A stretch of 64,000 nucleotides of DNA. Origin: Cyanocohniella sp. LLY. GTDB lineage: Bacteria; Cyanobacteriota; Cyanobacteriia; Cyanobacteriales; Nostocaceae. Every line of letters starts with the position of its first letter. The first letter of the stretch is position 1. The notes under the pieces are model-generated. The model worked only from the letters and a program-made list of their open reading frames with translations, did no database searches and was not told the DNA's origin. The stretch is from assembly GCA_022241785.1 (NCBI GenBank), contig JAKOMP010000016.1:2040-66039 (forward strand), read 5' to 3'. Made by a program: the position numbers and the translations under genes. Below are positions 48,506-57,216 of the stretch, piece after piece.

Positions 48506-50275
48506 ATGAGTCTTAATGAGAAGAAATCTAAAGTCTTAAATGCTGCTAGTAGACGGTCTTTTTTGTTACACACAGGTCTATTTACTGCAAGTGGTGTTGT
48601 CGCAGGGATGGTGGGTTCAACGTTCTCTCCTGAAAAAAGTCTAGCACGGGAGAGCATTGTCCAAAGAAGACGCGGAAGACAGTCGTTGGGTGAGCGGTAC
48701 ATTGACAAAGCTTATCGCGTACGTATTGCTGCTGCTGAAGCTAATCGTCGGATTCCTGCTGCACTTAATCCTACTAATGGCGACGAGGAACGGTATCCGA
48801 ACAAAATTGGCTCTGATAGTAGAGGACTACCACATAATCGACTCGGTGAAGTTGATTTAGTTGCTTATGAATCTTTGACTAGAGCTATAAATACCCAATC
48901 TCATGAAGATTTTGAGAAAGTAATTTTGGGTGGCACTAGAAAACTGGTAAATGCTCAAGGGCCGCTTGCAGCTAGTTTAGAAGGAATTCACGGAGCGCAG
49001 GTTCCATTACCACCGCCTCCAGCTTTAGCTAGTTCCGAACGAGCTGTAGAAGCTGTTGAATTATATTGGCAAGCTTTATTACGGGACGTACCTTTCGACG
49101 AGCTAAATAATAATACTAGTAATCGTCTGGTTTTAGCAGCAGTTGAAGAACTGAATAAGTTTTCCAATTTCTTTGGGCCAAGGGAAAATGGACGTGTGAC
49201 ACCCCAAACCTTATTTCGTGGTAGTGTCACTTATGTTGACCCAAATGATAGATCTGGTACAACAGCAAGACACGTAACTCCGCCAGGAGTATTAGTCGGG
49301 CCTCACATTTCCCAGTTTGCTTTATTGAATATTCCTTGGGGAGTTCAATATATTCCGCCTGTAATTCGCACAGCTTTACCTGGTAATGATTTTCTCACTG
49401 ATTATGATGAATGGTTGAATGTGCAAAATGGTGGCACTCCTAGAACTATTCAGTATGACCCAGTACGTCGTTATGTATCGACAATTCGTGACTTATCTGA
49501 ATACTCCCATGCACCAGGGGCAGCCTTTTCTGGAGCGGCTTTAATTTTAGGTGGTAGTCGCAACGCTCCTGATCCTTTTGGTGTTGGTATTGGCGCACCG
49601 TTTGATTCAGGTAATCCCTTTGTTCTATCACCAACTCAACAAGGCGGAAATGGGTCATTTGCTTTGGGACATTTACAAGCCTTACTGTATTTGGGAAGAT
49701 CCCGCGCCATTAGAGCTGCATACTGGTCAAAGTTTTATGTTCACCGGACTTTGCGTCCAGAGGCTTATGCTGGATTAATCTACAACAACGCTGTTAATAA
49801 CACCCAATATCCCATTCATAGGGATATATTAAACTCCCAAGCCTTAGCTCAAAGTTTTAGTAAATTTGGCTCTTATCTCTTACCGCATGGATACCCAGAA
49901 GGTTCACCCATACATTCATCTTATGTGGGTGGTGCAGCTGCGATCGCCGGTGTCAGTGCCACATTGTTAAAAGCATACTTTGACGAAAATTATATCATTC
50001 CCGACCCTGTAGTTCCTGATCCAAATAATCCGACTAGGGTTATACCCTATATAGGAGAAGTTTTAACTGTGGGTAGTGAATTAAACAAACTGGCAGCTAA
50101 TTATACCCTTGGTCGTGGTCATGGTGGGATTCACTGGCGCACAGATGGTGCTGCTGGCTTGGCTTTGGGGGAACAAATTGCCATCAGTATTTTGAGGGAT
50201 GAAAGATTGGGTTACAACGAAACATTTAATGGCTTCACTTTCACCAAATTTGATGGTACAAGAGTCACGGTTTAA
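48506..50275 (+). CDS. Tat-exported PAP2 / vanadium-haloperoxidase-like protein
   Basis: The preferred start is MSLNEKKSKVLNAASRRSFLL (twin-arginine). The C-terminal motifs are YPEGSPIHSS and GRGHGGIHWRTDG. Confidence 0.6.
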   Translation: MSLNEKKSKVLNAASRRSFLLHTGLFTASGVVAGMVGSTFSPEKSLARESIVQRRRGRQSLGERYIDKAYRVRIAAAEANRRIPAALNPTNGDEERYPNKIGSDSRGLPHNRLGEVDLVAYESLTRAINTQSHEDFEKVILGGTRKLVNAQGPLAASLEGIHGAQVPLPPPPALASSERAVEAVELYWQALLRDVPFDELNNNTSNRLVLAAVEELNKFSNFFGPRENGRVTPQTLFRGSVTYVDPNDRSGTTARHVTPPGVLVGPHISQFALLNIPWGVQYIPPVIRTALPGNDFLTDYDEWLNVQNGGTPRTIQYDPVRRYVSTIRDLSEYSHAPGAAFSGAALILGGSRNAPDPFGVGIGAPFDSGNPFVLSPTQQGGNGSFALGHLQALLYLGRSRAIRAAYWSKFYVHRTLRPEAYAGLIYNNAVNNTQYPIHRDILNSQALAQSFSKFGSYLLPHGYPEGSPIHSSYVGGAAAIAGVSATLLKAYFDENYIIPDPVVPDPNNPTRVIPYIGEVLTVGSELNKLAANYTLGRGHGGIHWRTDGAAGLALGEQIAISILRDERLGYNETFNGFTFTKFDGTRVTV

Positions 50276-50323
50276 ATCTTGAATTGAAAAAATTTTTTGA
50301 CAAATTCAGAGGTATATTAATTC

Positions 50324-51421
50324 ATGGCAGATTTCAAAGAGCAATTTGCATCATGGACACGCCGAGGCATTACTCGTCGTTATGCCATGCTTGCCTTTGG
50401 CTACGGTTTAGTATTATCTACCACATTGTTTAGTTGTAGTAGTTCACCGGATAATTCTCAGCAACAAACAGGTTCATCTGCTTCTAATGTAGCTAGTAGT
50501 AATGCACCGAATAAAGTAATTAGAATTGTTCGTTCTAAACAACTTACTTCCCTAGCTGTCTTAGAACAAAAAGGCATTTTAGCAGAAAGATTAGCCCCTT
50601 TAGGCTATAGTGTAGAGTGGCCAGAATTTGCGGCAGGGCCCCAACAATTAGAAGCTTTAAATGCAGGCGCACTGGATATTGCTTCTACAGCTGAGTCACC
50701 GCCAATTTTTTCTCAAGCAGCCGGCGCACCTCTTGTATATCTAGCGGCTAATTCTTCGGATGGACAAGCAGTTTCACTTTTAGTCCCTCAGAACTCTCCC
50801 ATTCAAAGTATCAAAGAGTTGAAAGGAAAAAAAGTAGCTTTTCAAAAGGCATCAATTGGTCATTATCTTATAGTTAGAGCCTTAGAAAGAGAAGGTCTAC
50901 AACTTAGTGATATAGAATCAGTTGCCTTAGCACCTCCAGATGCTAACGTGGCATTTAGTCAACGTAAAGTAGATGCTTGGTTTATTTGGGAACCCTTTGT
51001 TACTCGCAATGTGCAGAATGGTACAGGTAGAGTTTTGACAGATGGTGGTAATGGTTTGCGAGATACCAATAACTTTATTTCCACTAATCGTAAATTTTAT
51101 GAAGAAAATCGGGAAGTAATTAAAGTCTTTCTAGAAGAACTGCAAAAAGCTAATAATTGGGCTATAAATAACCCCAAAGAAATTGCTCAATTACTTTCTG
51201 CAACAACTCAACTTGAGCCACCAATATTAGAAATCATGCACGATAAGTATGATTTCACACTTGTCCCAATTACTGAGGCGATTATTAATAAACAACAAGA
51301 AGTTGCCGAAAAATGGTATGGACTGGGACTCATACCTAAGGAAGTCAATGTCAGAGATTCCTTCTTGACTCCCGAACAATATGCCGAAATTACACCCCAG
51401 GAAGTACGTGCAAAAAATTAG
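50324..51421 (+). CDS. SsuA/TauA family substrate-binding protein
   Basis: Tat-like TRRGITRRYAML N-terminus with lipobox-like LFSCS, and a WPEFAAGPQQLEALNAGALDIASTAESPPIFSQ block. Confidence 0.8.
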   Translation: MADFKEQFASWTRRGITRRYAMLAFGYGLVLSTTLFSCSSSPDNSQQQTGSSASNVASSNAPNKVIRIVRSKQLTSLAVLEQKGILAERLAPLGYSVEWPEFAAGPQQLEALNAGALDIASTAESPPIFSQAAGAPLVYLAANSSDGQAVSLLVPQNSPIQSIKELKGKKVAFQKASIGHYLIVRALEREGLQLSDIESVALAPPDANVAFSQRKVDAWFIWEPFVTRNVQNGTGRVLTDGGNGLRDTNNFISTNRKFYEENREVIKVFLEELQKANNWAINNPKEIAQLLSATTQLEPPILEIMHDKYDFTLVPITEAIINKQQEVAEKWYGLGLIPKEVNVRDSFLTPEQYAEITPQEVRAKN

Positions 51422-51530
51422 TAGTGGGGAAAGATATTTTAGTAGGTAAAAAATTACCTCTTTATCTCCAACTCTATGAATTTTGTGTTTCTGTGATTCA
51501 TTATTTGTAGAAAATTTTTAATAATCAATT

Positions 51531-52394
51531 ATGTCAACACTCACCTTAACTAACTTTCAAATCACCCCTCTGAATGCACCTTTAGGCGCTGTAGTTACTG
51601 GCTTAGATGCTAGTCAACAACTTAAACCTGAAGTCATATTACAACTAAAACAAACATTACGCGATCGCCACATTCTCATCTTCAAAAATCAATACCTCAC
51701 AGATGAGCAATTTTTAAACTTTGCTTTTCATTTTGGTTCACTGTTTGTCCCTCCAGATGATATACCAGTACTCGCGTCTCAGCCAGGAGTAACACCAGTA
51801 ATTATTCCCGTTTCCAATGTTGATGGTGGCTATACTGGGACTGGGGAATTAGCTTTTCATTCTGATCATAAGTGGACTCCTTATCCTTCTAGTGGTTCTT
51901 TACTTTATGCGTTGGAAGTACCCAATGAAGGCGGAGATACGTTTTGGTTAAATTTGAACTTAGCTTATGAAACTTTAGATGAAGCTACCAAGCGTCGCAT
52001 TGCTGATTTACAATTGATTACCTATAACCCATTTGTCAGGAAACCCGATACACCCCGTTCTAAATACCGTTTTGACAAGAGTATCCCCCTAATTAGTCCT
52101 GTTTTTCCTCATCCATTGGTGAGGACCCATCCAGAAAGTGGGAAGAAGATTTTATATCTTGATTACGCCACAGAAGTAGAAGTTGTTGGTTTAGATCCAC
52201 AAGAGGGATCTGAATTAATTGAACAGTTGCGCTCGCATTTACATCAACCGCAATTTTACTACCAACATAAATGGTCTGTAGGTGATATTGTTTATTGGGA
52301 TAATCAATCAACTTTACATTATCGCCAAGCATTTAACTCTCAGCAACGCCGCGTAATGAAGCGGGTAAGTTTGGCAGGTAGTCGTCCATTTTAA
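51531..52394 (+). CDS. tauD: TauD/TfdA family Fe(II)/2-oxoglutarate dioxygenase
   Basis: 287 aa. It has an HSDH iron-binding motif and a distal WDNQSTLH...R motif. Confidence 0.8.
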   Translation: MSTLTLTNFQITPLNAPLGAVVTGLDASQQLKPEVILQLKQTLRDRHILIFKNQYLTDEQFLNFAFHFGSLFVPPDDIPVLASQPGVTPVIIPVSNVDGGYTGTGELAFHSDHKWTPYPSSGSLLYALEVPNEGGDTFWLNLNLAYETLDEATKRRIADLQLITYNPFVRKPDTPRSKYRFDKSIPLISPVFPHPLVRTHPESGKKILYLDYATEVEVVGLDPQEGSELIEQLRSHLHQPQFYYQHKWSVGDIVYWDNQSTLHYRQAFNSQQRRVMKRVSLAGSRPF

Positions 52395-52454
52395 TATTTA
52401 CCTGTTGTCATCTTGACTTAATAATCCTCATCAGAATTAATCGCTAGTTTTGTC

Positions 52455-53516
52455 ATGGTGTTTGCTACAAAATCTTTTCAATTTAATATATTTCAGAGAT
52501 TTGTATTAGTCATATTACCTGGTTTTATGGCTATATCTACCTTAACTAGTTGCTCAAATCAAACTCCCACAGCCGAGACAAAATCGGTGGCTTTTAAAAC
52601 TCAAGTTGTGCGAATGGGATATCAAAGTTCTGGTGATATTGTCAGACTTAAAGGAGTTTTAGAAGAACGACTTACACCTTTAGATGTAAAAGTAGAGTGG
52701 GCGCAATTTCCCGCAGGTCCGCAATTAATGGAAGCCATGAATGTCGGTCATGTTGATTTAGGTTCTGTTGGTGAAACTCCTCCGATATTTGCCCAAGCTG
52801 CTGGAACTTCTTTAGTATATGTAGCTGGAAGAAAACCAACCACAGGTGAAGGTAGTGGTATTATTGTTAGAGGTGATTCTCCGATTCAAAGTGTAGCTGA
52901 CCTTAAAGGTAAAAGAGTTGTTTTTCAAAGAGGTTCAGCATCACATTATTTGTTAATTAAAGCTTTGGAAGAAGCAGGGTTGCAGTATAGTGATATTCAA
53001 CCTATTAGTATGCCTCCATCAGAAGTCCGTGCTGCTTTTATCCAAGGTAAAATTGATGCTTGGGTAACTTGGGACCCACATTTAACTTTGGTACAAAACA
53101 GTGTTGATTCCCGAATTATCAGAAATGCCAGTGGTATTGCCACTCAAGGTGGATTTTATATGGCTTCTCGGCCTTTTGCAACAGAAAATCCCGAATTAGT
53201 GCAGATAATTTTAGAAGAAATAGACAAATTAGGCGAGTGGGCAGAGAATAATACTAGTGAAGTTGCTCAATTACTTGCTCCAGAACTAAAAATTGATGTG
53301 CCAATTTTGGAAACAGTTACTGCAAGAAGAACTTATCGTTTAAGAGCAATTACTCCAGAATTAATGGCAAATCAACAAGCCATCGCTGATTTGTTTTCCA
53401 CTGAAAACATTATTCCCAACAAAATTGATATTCGGGAAGCTACTTTAACATCTGAACAGTATGCGGCTTTAACACCACCAAGACTGAGGCAAGATACTGT
53501 CACTTCTCAAAATTAA
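52455..53516 (+). CDS. ssuA: Aliphatic sulfonate substrate-binding protein (SsuA family), lipoprotein
   Basis: Lipobox LTSCS and a WAQFPAGPQLMEAMNVGHVDLGSVGETPPIFAQ block. Confidence 0.8.
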   Translation: MVFATKSFQFNIFQRFVLVILPGFMAISTLTSCSNQTPTAETKSVAFKTQVVRMGYQSSGDIVRLKGVLEERLTPLDVKVEWAQFPAGPQLMEAMNVGHVDLGSVGETPPIFAQAAGTSLVYVAGRKPTTGEGSGIIVRGDSPIQSVADLKGKRVVFQRGSASHYLLIKALEEAGLQYSDIQPISMPPSEVRAAFIQGKIDAWVTWDPHLTLVQNSVDSRIIRNASGIATQGGFYMASRPFATENPELVQIILEEIDKLGEWAENNTSEVAQLLAPELKIDVPILETVTARRTYRLRAITPELMANQQAIADLFSTENIIPNKIDIREATLTSEQYAALTPPRLRQDTVTSQN

Positions 53517-53629
53517 CTCGATAAAACCAATTCGCAATAGAGCCTCCGGATGCCGCTAGGCTGTACGCAATTCGCAATAAAGCAGCAGTAATTGTTCTCC
53601 AACTCATACCAATTTCCATCATACTATAG

Positions 53630-53660
53630 CCCTGACTTGATTTAAGTTAGGGTTTTTTTT
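53630..53660 (+). terminator. Rho-independent terminator
   Basis: CCCTGACTT-GATTT-AAGTTAGGG followed by T8. Confidence 0.75.
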
Positions 53661-53746
53661 GAGCCTAATTTAATGATATTTCAACTTTCTCTTTCTGAGT
53701 AATTATGAATAATTTTTGACGAAGATAGATGATATATATTATAATC

Positions 53747-53772
53747 TACACTAAGCCTATCAGCTTATAGTA
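53747..53772. promoter_or_regulatory. 26-bp TAC-N20-GTA box (variant)
   Basis: TACACTAAGCCTATCAGCTTATAGTA. It ends 28 nt before ATG 53801. Its 3' TATAGT is identical to that of the 5287 site. Confidence 0.45.
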
Positions 53773-53800
53773 CTTTGTGCAGTTTACAGGAGAAATCACC

Positions 53801-54043
53801 ATGACAGTAGCCCAACAAATCCGTATCCCCAACAATGAACAAGTCAATGCAAATGTTTTACATCAAATATCAAAATTAATTGCTGGCTTATTTAAAGGGT
53901 TATGGTGGCATCTGCAAGCTTACACATCAGTTTTTTCGATTATGCTGCTAACTTTTGCTAGTTTATTTTTTTTATATGTTCATTACTCTGGTCGAAAATT
54001 AACTCAAGTTTTGCCAAACAACATTGTTATAGAACAAAAATGA
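53801..54043 (+). CDS. Small single-pass membrane protein
   Basis: AGGAG lies 8 nt upstream of ATG 53801. One hydrophobic helix. The stop overlaps the next start (ATGA). Confidence 0.5.
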   Translation: MTVAQQIRIPNNEQVNANVLHQISKLIAGLFKGLWWHLQAYTSVFSIMLLTFASLFFLYVHYSGRKLTQVLPNNIVIEQK

Positions 54044-54837
54044 ATCAATTAACAAGCTTGCAGGCTGTATCTTACTTAGCACCTAATTGGTTTGAATTAT
54101 ATCAGGCGATCGCAGCTTATTTAGGTCGTGTTTTACAAGTAGAAATTCAATTACATCAAAGTGAATACGACCCTTTAAAAGATCCTTTATTATTTCAAGA
54201 CCAAATAGACTTAGCTTTTATCTGTGGATTACCATTAATTCGTTACAGTCGAGTTGTTTTAGACCAATTGCAGACATTGATTGCACCTGTAATGCAAGCA
54301 CCTCGGTATGGTAATTGTCCGATTTACTATGCAGATGTGATTGTTAAAGCTGATAGTAATATTAAAAAGTTTGCTGATTTGTCAGGAAAGACGTTTTGCT
54401 ACAACGATTCTGGTTCTAATAGTGGTTATAATTTACTTTTTCAGCGTTTAGGTCAAGAACAATATCCACACAATTTTTTTGAAAAAACCATAGAATCAGG
54501 TTTTCATCAGCGTTCAATTCGTTGGGTGGTTGAGGGGAAAGCGGATTGTGCAGCCATTGACAGCATTGTATTAGAACAAGAATTAAAAGATTGTCCTGAA
54601 TTATCACCACATTTACGTGTAATAGAAGCAATCGGGCCTTCTCCTATGCCACCTTTAGTAGTAGCACAGCGTTTAAGTATATCTTTAATTCAGCAAATGC
54701 AGTTAGCACTACTCCAACCAGATGCAGAGTTAGAAACAGTGATGAAACAATTCGGAGTTAGACGCTTTGCTGCGGTGAAATTAGACGATTATCGGGTATT
54801 AAATCAGAATCTCTCTTTTGTTGGTTTATATTCTTAG
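54040..54837 (+). CDS. PhnD/SsuA/transferrin-family substrate-binding-fold protein without a signal peptide
   Basis: 265 aa with a PhnD-like pattern (..FCYNDSGSNSGY..). It is translationally coupled to the upstream small gene. Confidence 0.6.
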   Translation: MNQLTSLQAVSYLAPNWFELYQAIAAYLGRVLQVEIQLHQSEYDPLKDPLLFQDQIDLAFICGLPLIRYSRVVLDQLQTLIAPVMQAPRYGNCPIYYADVIVKADSNIKKFADLSGKTFCYNDSGSNSGYNLLFQRLGQEQYPHNFFEKTIESGFHQRSIRWVVEGKADCAAIDSIVLEQELKDCPELSPHLRVIEAIGPSPMPPLVVAQRLSISLIQQMQLALLQPDAELETVMKQFGVRRFAAVKLDDYRVLNQNLSFVGLYS

Positions 54838-54854
54838 CTGACTGGTTAGTATCG

Positions 54855-55268
54855 TCAAAACTGGGATAACAAAGCAAGAAATTCAGTTGCTTTGACAATT
54901 GTAATTGCTTGATACTTCCCTAAAGATAAAAGATGCTTGTCGCCAGTAACAATATGAGTTGCACCACCAATGACAGCACATTCAACTACCATATTGTCAT
55001 CTGGATCAGCATCTACCGCTTTCAATTCTGTAGATATTTTGACCAACCGAGAAAAGTTACGCACCTCTTCTACTGCTGCTTGTGCCATTTCTTGAGAAAA
55101 CTTAAATTTGATAATCAACTTCTCAGTAAACTCGTCTAGGATATTCTGACAAGTCACAGACTCAATTTGCCCAATCTTTGCCAGAGCTAAACATCGAAAC
55201 GGATTACTATTTGTAGATAATAAAGCAGAAATTAAAATGTTGGTATCAAAAACAGCAGTATATCGCAC
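54855..55268 (-). CDS. PIN-domain toxin (VapC-like)
   Basis: 137 aa. It has an N-terminal FDTNILISA acidic motif and a C-terminal TGDKHLL. Confidence 0.8.
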   Translation of the reverse strand: MRYTAVFDTNILISALLSTNSNPFRCLALAKIGQIESVTCQNILDEFTEKLIIKFKFSQEMAQAAVEEVRNFSRLVKISTELKAVDADPDDNMVVECAVIGGATHIVTGDKHLLSLGKYQAITIVKATEFLALLSQF

Positions 55269-55507
55269 TAATCCTCATGTACCACGTCGTTAATCAAAGC
55301 TTCTCGCTCATCCTCAGTCATTGTATCCCAGTTATGTCCTCGTTCTTGAGCAACAATTCTGGCTCTATCCGCTCCATATTGCGATAGAGATTCCCACTGT
55401 CCCCACTGTTGTAGCAGTAAAAATCTAAACACTTCAATCTGTTGTTCGGTGGGTAGTTGTTTGACTAACTCAACAACTTGCTCATTAGTCAGAGTGAAAG
55501 TAGGCAT
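55268..55507 (-). CDS. Putative antitoxin of the PIN toxin
   Basis: 79-aa ORF overlapping the toxin start by 1 nt. I recognise no family. Confidence 0.55.
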   Translation of the reverse strand: MPTFTLTNEQVVELVKQLPTEQQIEVFRFLLLQQWGQWESLSQYGADRARIVAQERGHNWDTMTEDEREALINDVVHED

Positions 55508-55553
55508 TTTTTACCTTTAGGATGTTGTAAAACTACTTCTACTTCAATCTTAT

Positions 55554-55646
55554 AGGACTTACGCACTCGCCACGAAAATAAAGGCTTTGAGATTGCTTCC
55601 CTACGGTCGCAATGACGGAAATGCGTGGTTGGTTACGTAAGTCCTG
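55554..55646. mobile_element. MITE copy A (93 bp) with a 6-bp target-site duplication, TCTTAT
   Basis: Terminal inverted repeats AGGACTTACG...CGTAAGTCCTG. TCTTAT is present on both flanks. Confidence 0.8.
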
Positions 55647-55697
55647 TCTTATTATCAATCCTAGTAGTCCACCACGCAAATTATTCTGCACTAGTTT

Positions 55698-56945
55698 TTA
55701 AGATACGGCATACATCAAAATTTGTTTTTGTGTCCCCAACACCGCATGATGATAGACTTGCTCAAATAAAACTCGCTGTGCATGACTTCCACCAATTTCA
55801 TGCAAGTGTGGTAAAACTAATTGCAGTTGTGTCACAGTTGTCTGAAAATCTCCTTGGGCATGGGCTACCATAGCTTTAGCTGCGGGAATTGCCACTTCTA
55901 ACCAACCGCGCCGCAAGAAAGGATTAATACTTAAAGCGTGATACTGCATACTTTGCAGCATTTCTTTCACCCAATCATTGTGTCCAGCTTTAGCTAAGGC
56001 GTAAACATAATGCAAATCCTGGAATGGTAATGCGTGTTCATCAATACGGCTGTATAAATAAGGACTAATACTTTGCCAACGATCGCCTACATTTACTCCA
56101 CGTAATTCCAGCCGTAACAATATTGAAATTGCCCCTACTTGGTCTTTAGGAGATTGTTTATTAGCACGTTGCCAAATGTGATTATCGTATAGTGAAAGAA
56201 CTTTTTGATAGTTTTCTAGTTTCAAATAAAATAAGGCAATGTGCCACCAATTATGGGTATAAAGCATAGAATTGCAGTTTTCCCAAGTATCTGCATAGCT
56301 TTCCATCCAAACTATACCCTCACTCACTCTCCCTTGAGTTTCCATGACATGACTAATTGCATGATGCGCCCAAGGATCATTTCTATTGAAAGCGATCGCC
56401 TGACGTGCCATTTTTTCTGCTGCTTTCAATTGATGGCATTGTTCTAAACCAAAAGCTACCATCCCATATAAATAATGATGCTGGGGATTGCTAGGTAAAA
56501 CTTTCTGGGCAATTTCGAGTAACTTTTCTTTATTACCTGTATAAAAATAATGATATTGTCCCTGCTGTACAGAGATTAAATCACGGGGAAATTTGTTAGC
56601 AATTTCTTCATGCAAGGCGATCGCTACATCAATTTCTTTGTTAGCCCAAGCCAAAATCGCCTGCACATATAACTGTTCTCGGTCAGTAATCTTAGTTAAA
56701 TTCCGTTGTGCTACTTGCAAATATGGTTGCGCTTGCTGCCAAGCCTTGCTGTTTTCTTGGGTGAGATAATAAGCACCTGCATAAGCATGAGCTAAAACAC
56801 AAGTTGGATCGGCTTCAATTGCTTGTAAAATCGCGGTTTCTGCATCTTTGCCATAACCAAGAGCTTGATCAATAAAACGGTTAATAGCTGCGATCGCCTG
56901 GGCTGAATCTGTCGTTACTACCAATCCTTGTGCATCTTCAAGCAT
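55698..56945 (-). CDS. TPR protein (TTC38-like)
   Basis: 415 aa, all-helical TPR-type repeats. It is divergent from ssuD. Confidence 0.65.
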   Translation of the reverse strand: MLEDAQGLVVTTDSAQAIAAINRFIDQALGYGKDAETAILQAIEADPTCVLAHAYAGAYYLTQENSKAWQQAQPYLQVAQRNLTKITDREQLYVQAILAWANKEIDVAIALHEEIANKFPRDLISVQQGQYHYFYTGNKEKLLEIAQKVLPSNPQHHYLYGMVAFGLEQCHQLKAAEKMARQAIAFNRNDPWAHHAISHVMETQGRVSEGIVWMESYADTWENCNSMLYTHNWWHIALFYLKLENYQKVLSLYDNHIWQRANKQSPKDQVGAISILLRLELRGVNVGDRWQSISPYLYSRIDEHALPFQDLHYVYALAKAGHNDWVKEMLQSMQYHALSINPFLRRGWLEVAIPAAKAMVAHAQGDFQTTVTQLQLVLPHLHEIGGSHAQRVLFEQVYHHAVLGTQKQILMYAVS

Positions 56946-56985
56946 GATGAATTCCTTACAGCAAGAATATAAAAGGTTTATAAAG

Positions 56986-57011
56986 TACGGTAAGTCTGTC
57001 GGAATGATGTA
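56986..57011. promoter_or_regulatory. 26-bp TAC-N20-GTA palindromic box (putative sulfur-regulon operator)
   Basis: TACGGTAAGTCTGTCGGAATGATGTA. Confidence 0.6.
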
Positions 57012-57062
57012 CTTACAAACTAGAGTATGTCACAGCGATCACAAAACCGCAAGGGATAAACT

Positions 57063-57088
57063 ACTGTAAGTTGATAAAGATGCCGTAT
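57063..57088. promoter_or_regulatory. 26-bp TAC-N20-GTA palindromic box (putative sulfur-regulon operator)
   Basis: TACTGTAAGTTGATAAAGATGCCGTA. Confidence 0.55.
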
Positions 57089-57151
57089 TTATTTTGCCCA
57101 AACTATTGCTTTGTAGAAAAACCTATGCGATAGTCAGAGTAACTCAAATAA

Positions 57152-57177
57152 TCCGGTAACTCGATAAACTTACCGTA
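57152..57177. promoter_or_regulatory. 26-bp palindromic box (putative sulfur-regulon operator)
   Basis: TCCGGTAACTCGATAAACTTACCGTA. It ends 39 nt before the ssuD ATG. Confidence 0.6.
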
Positions 57178-57216
57178 TTTAAAATCTAGGAAATATTGCA
57201 GCTACTCTGAGATATC

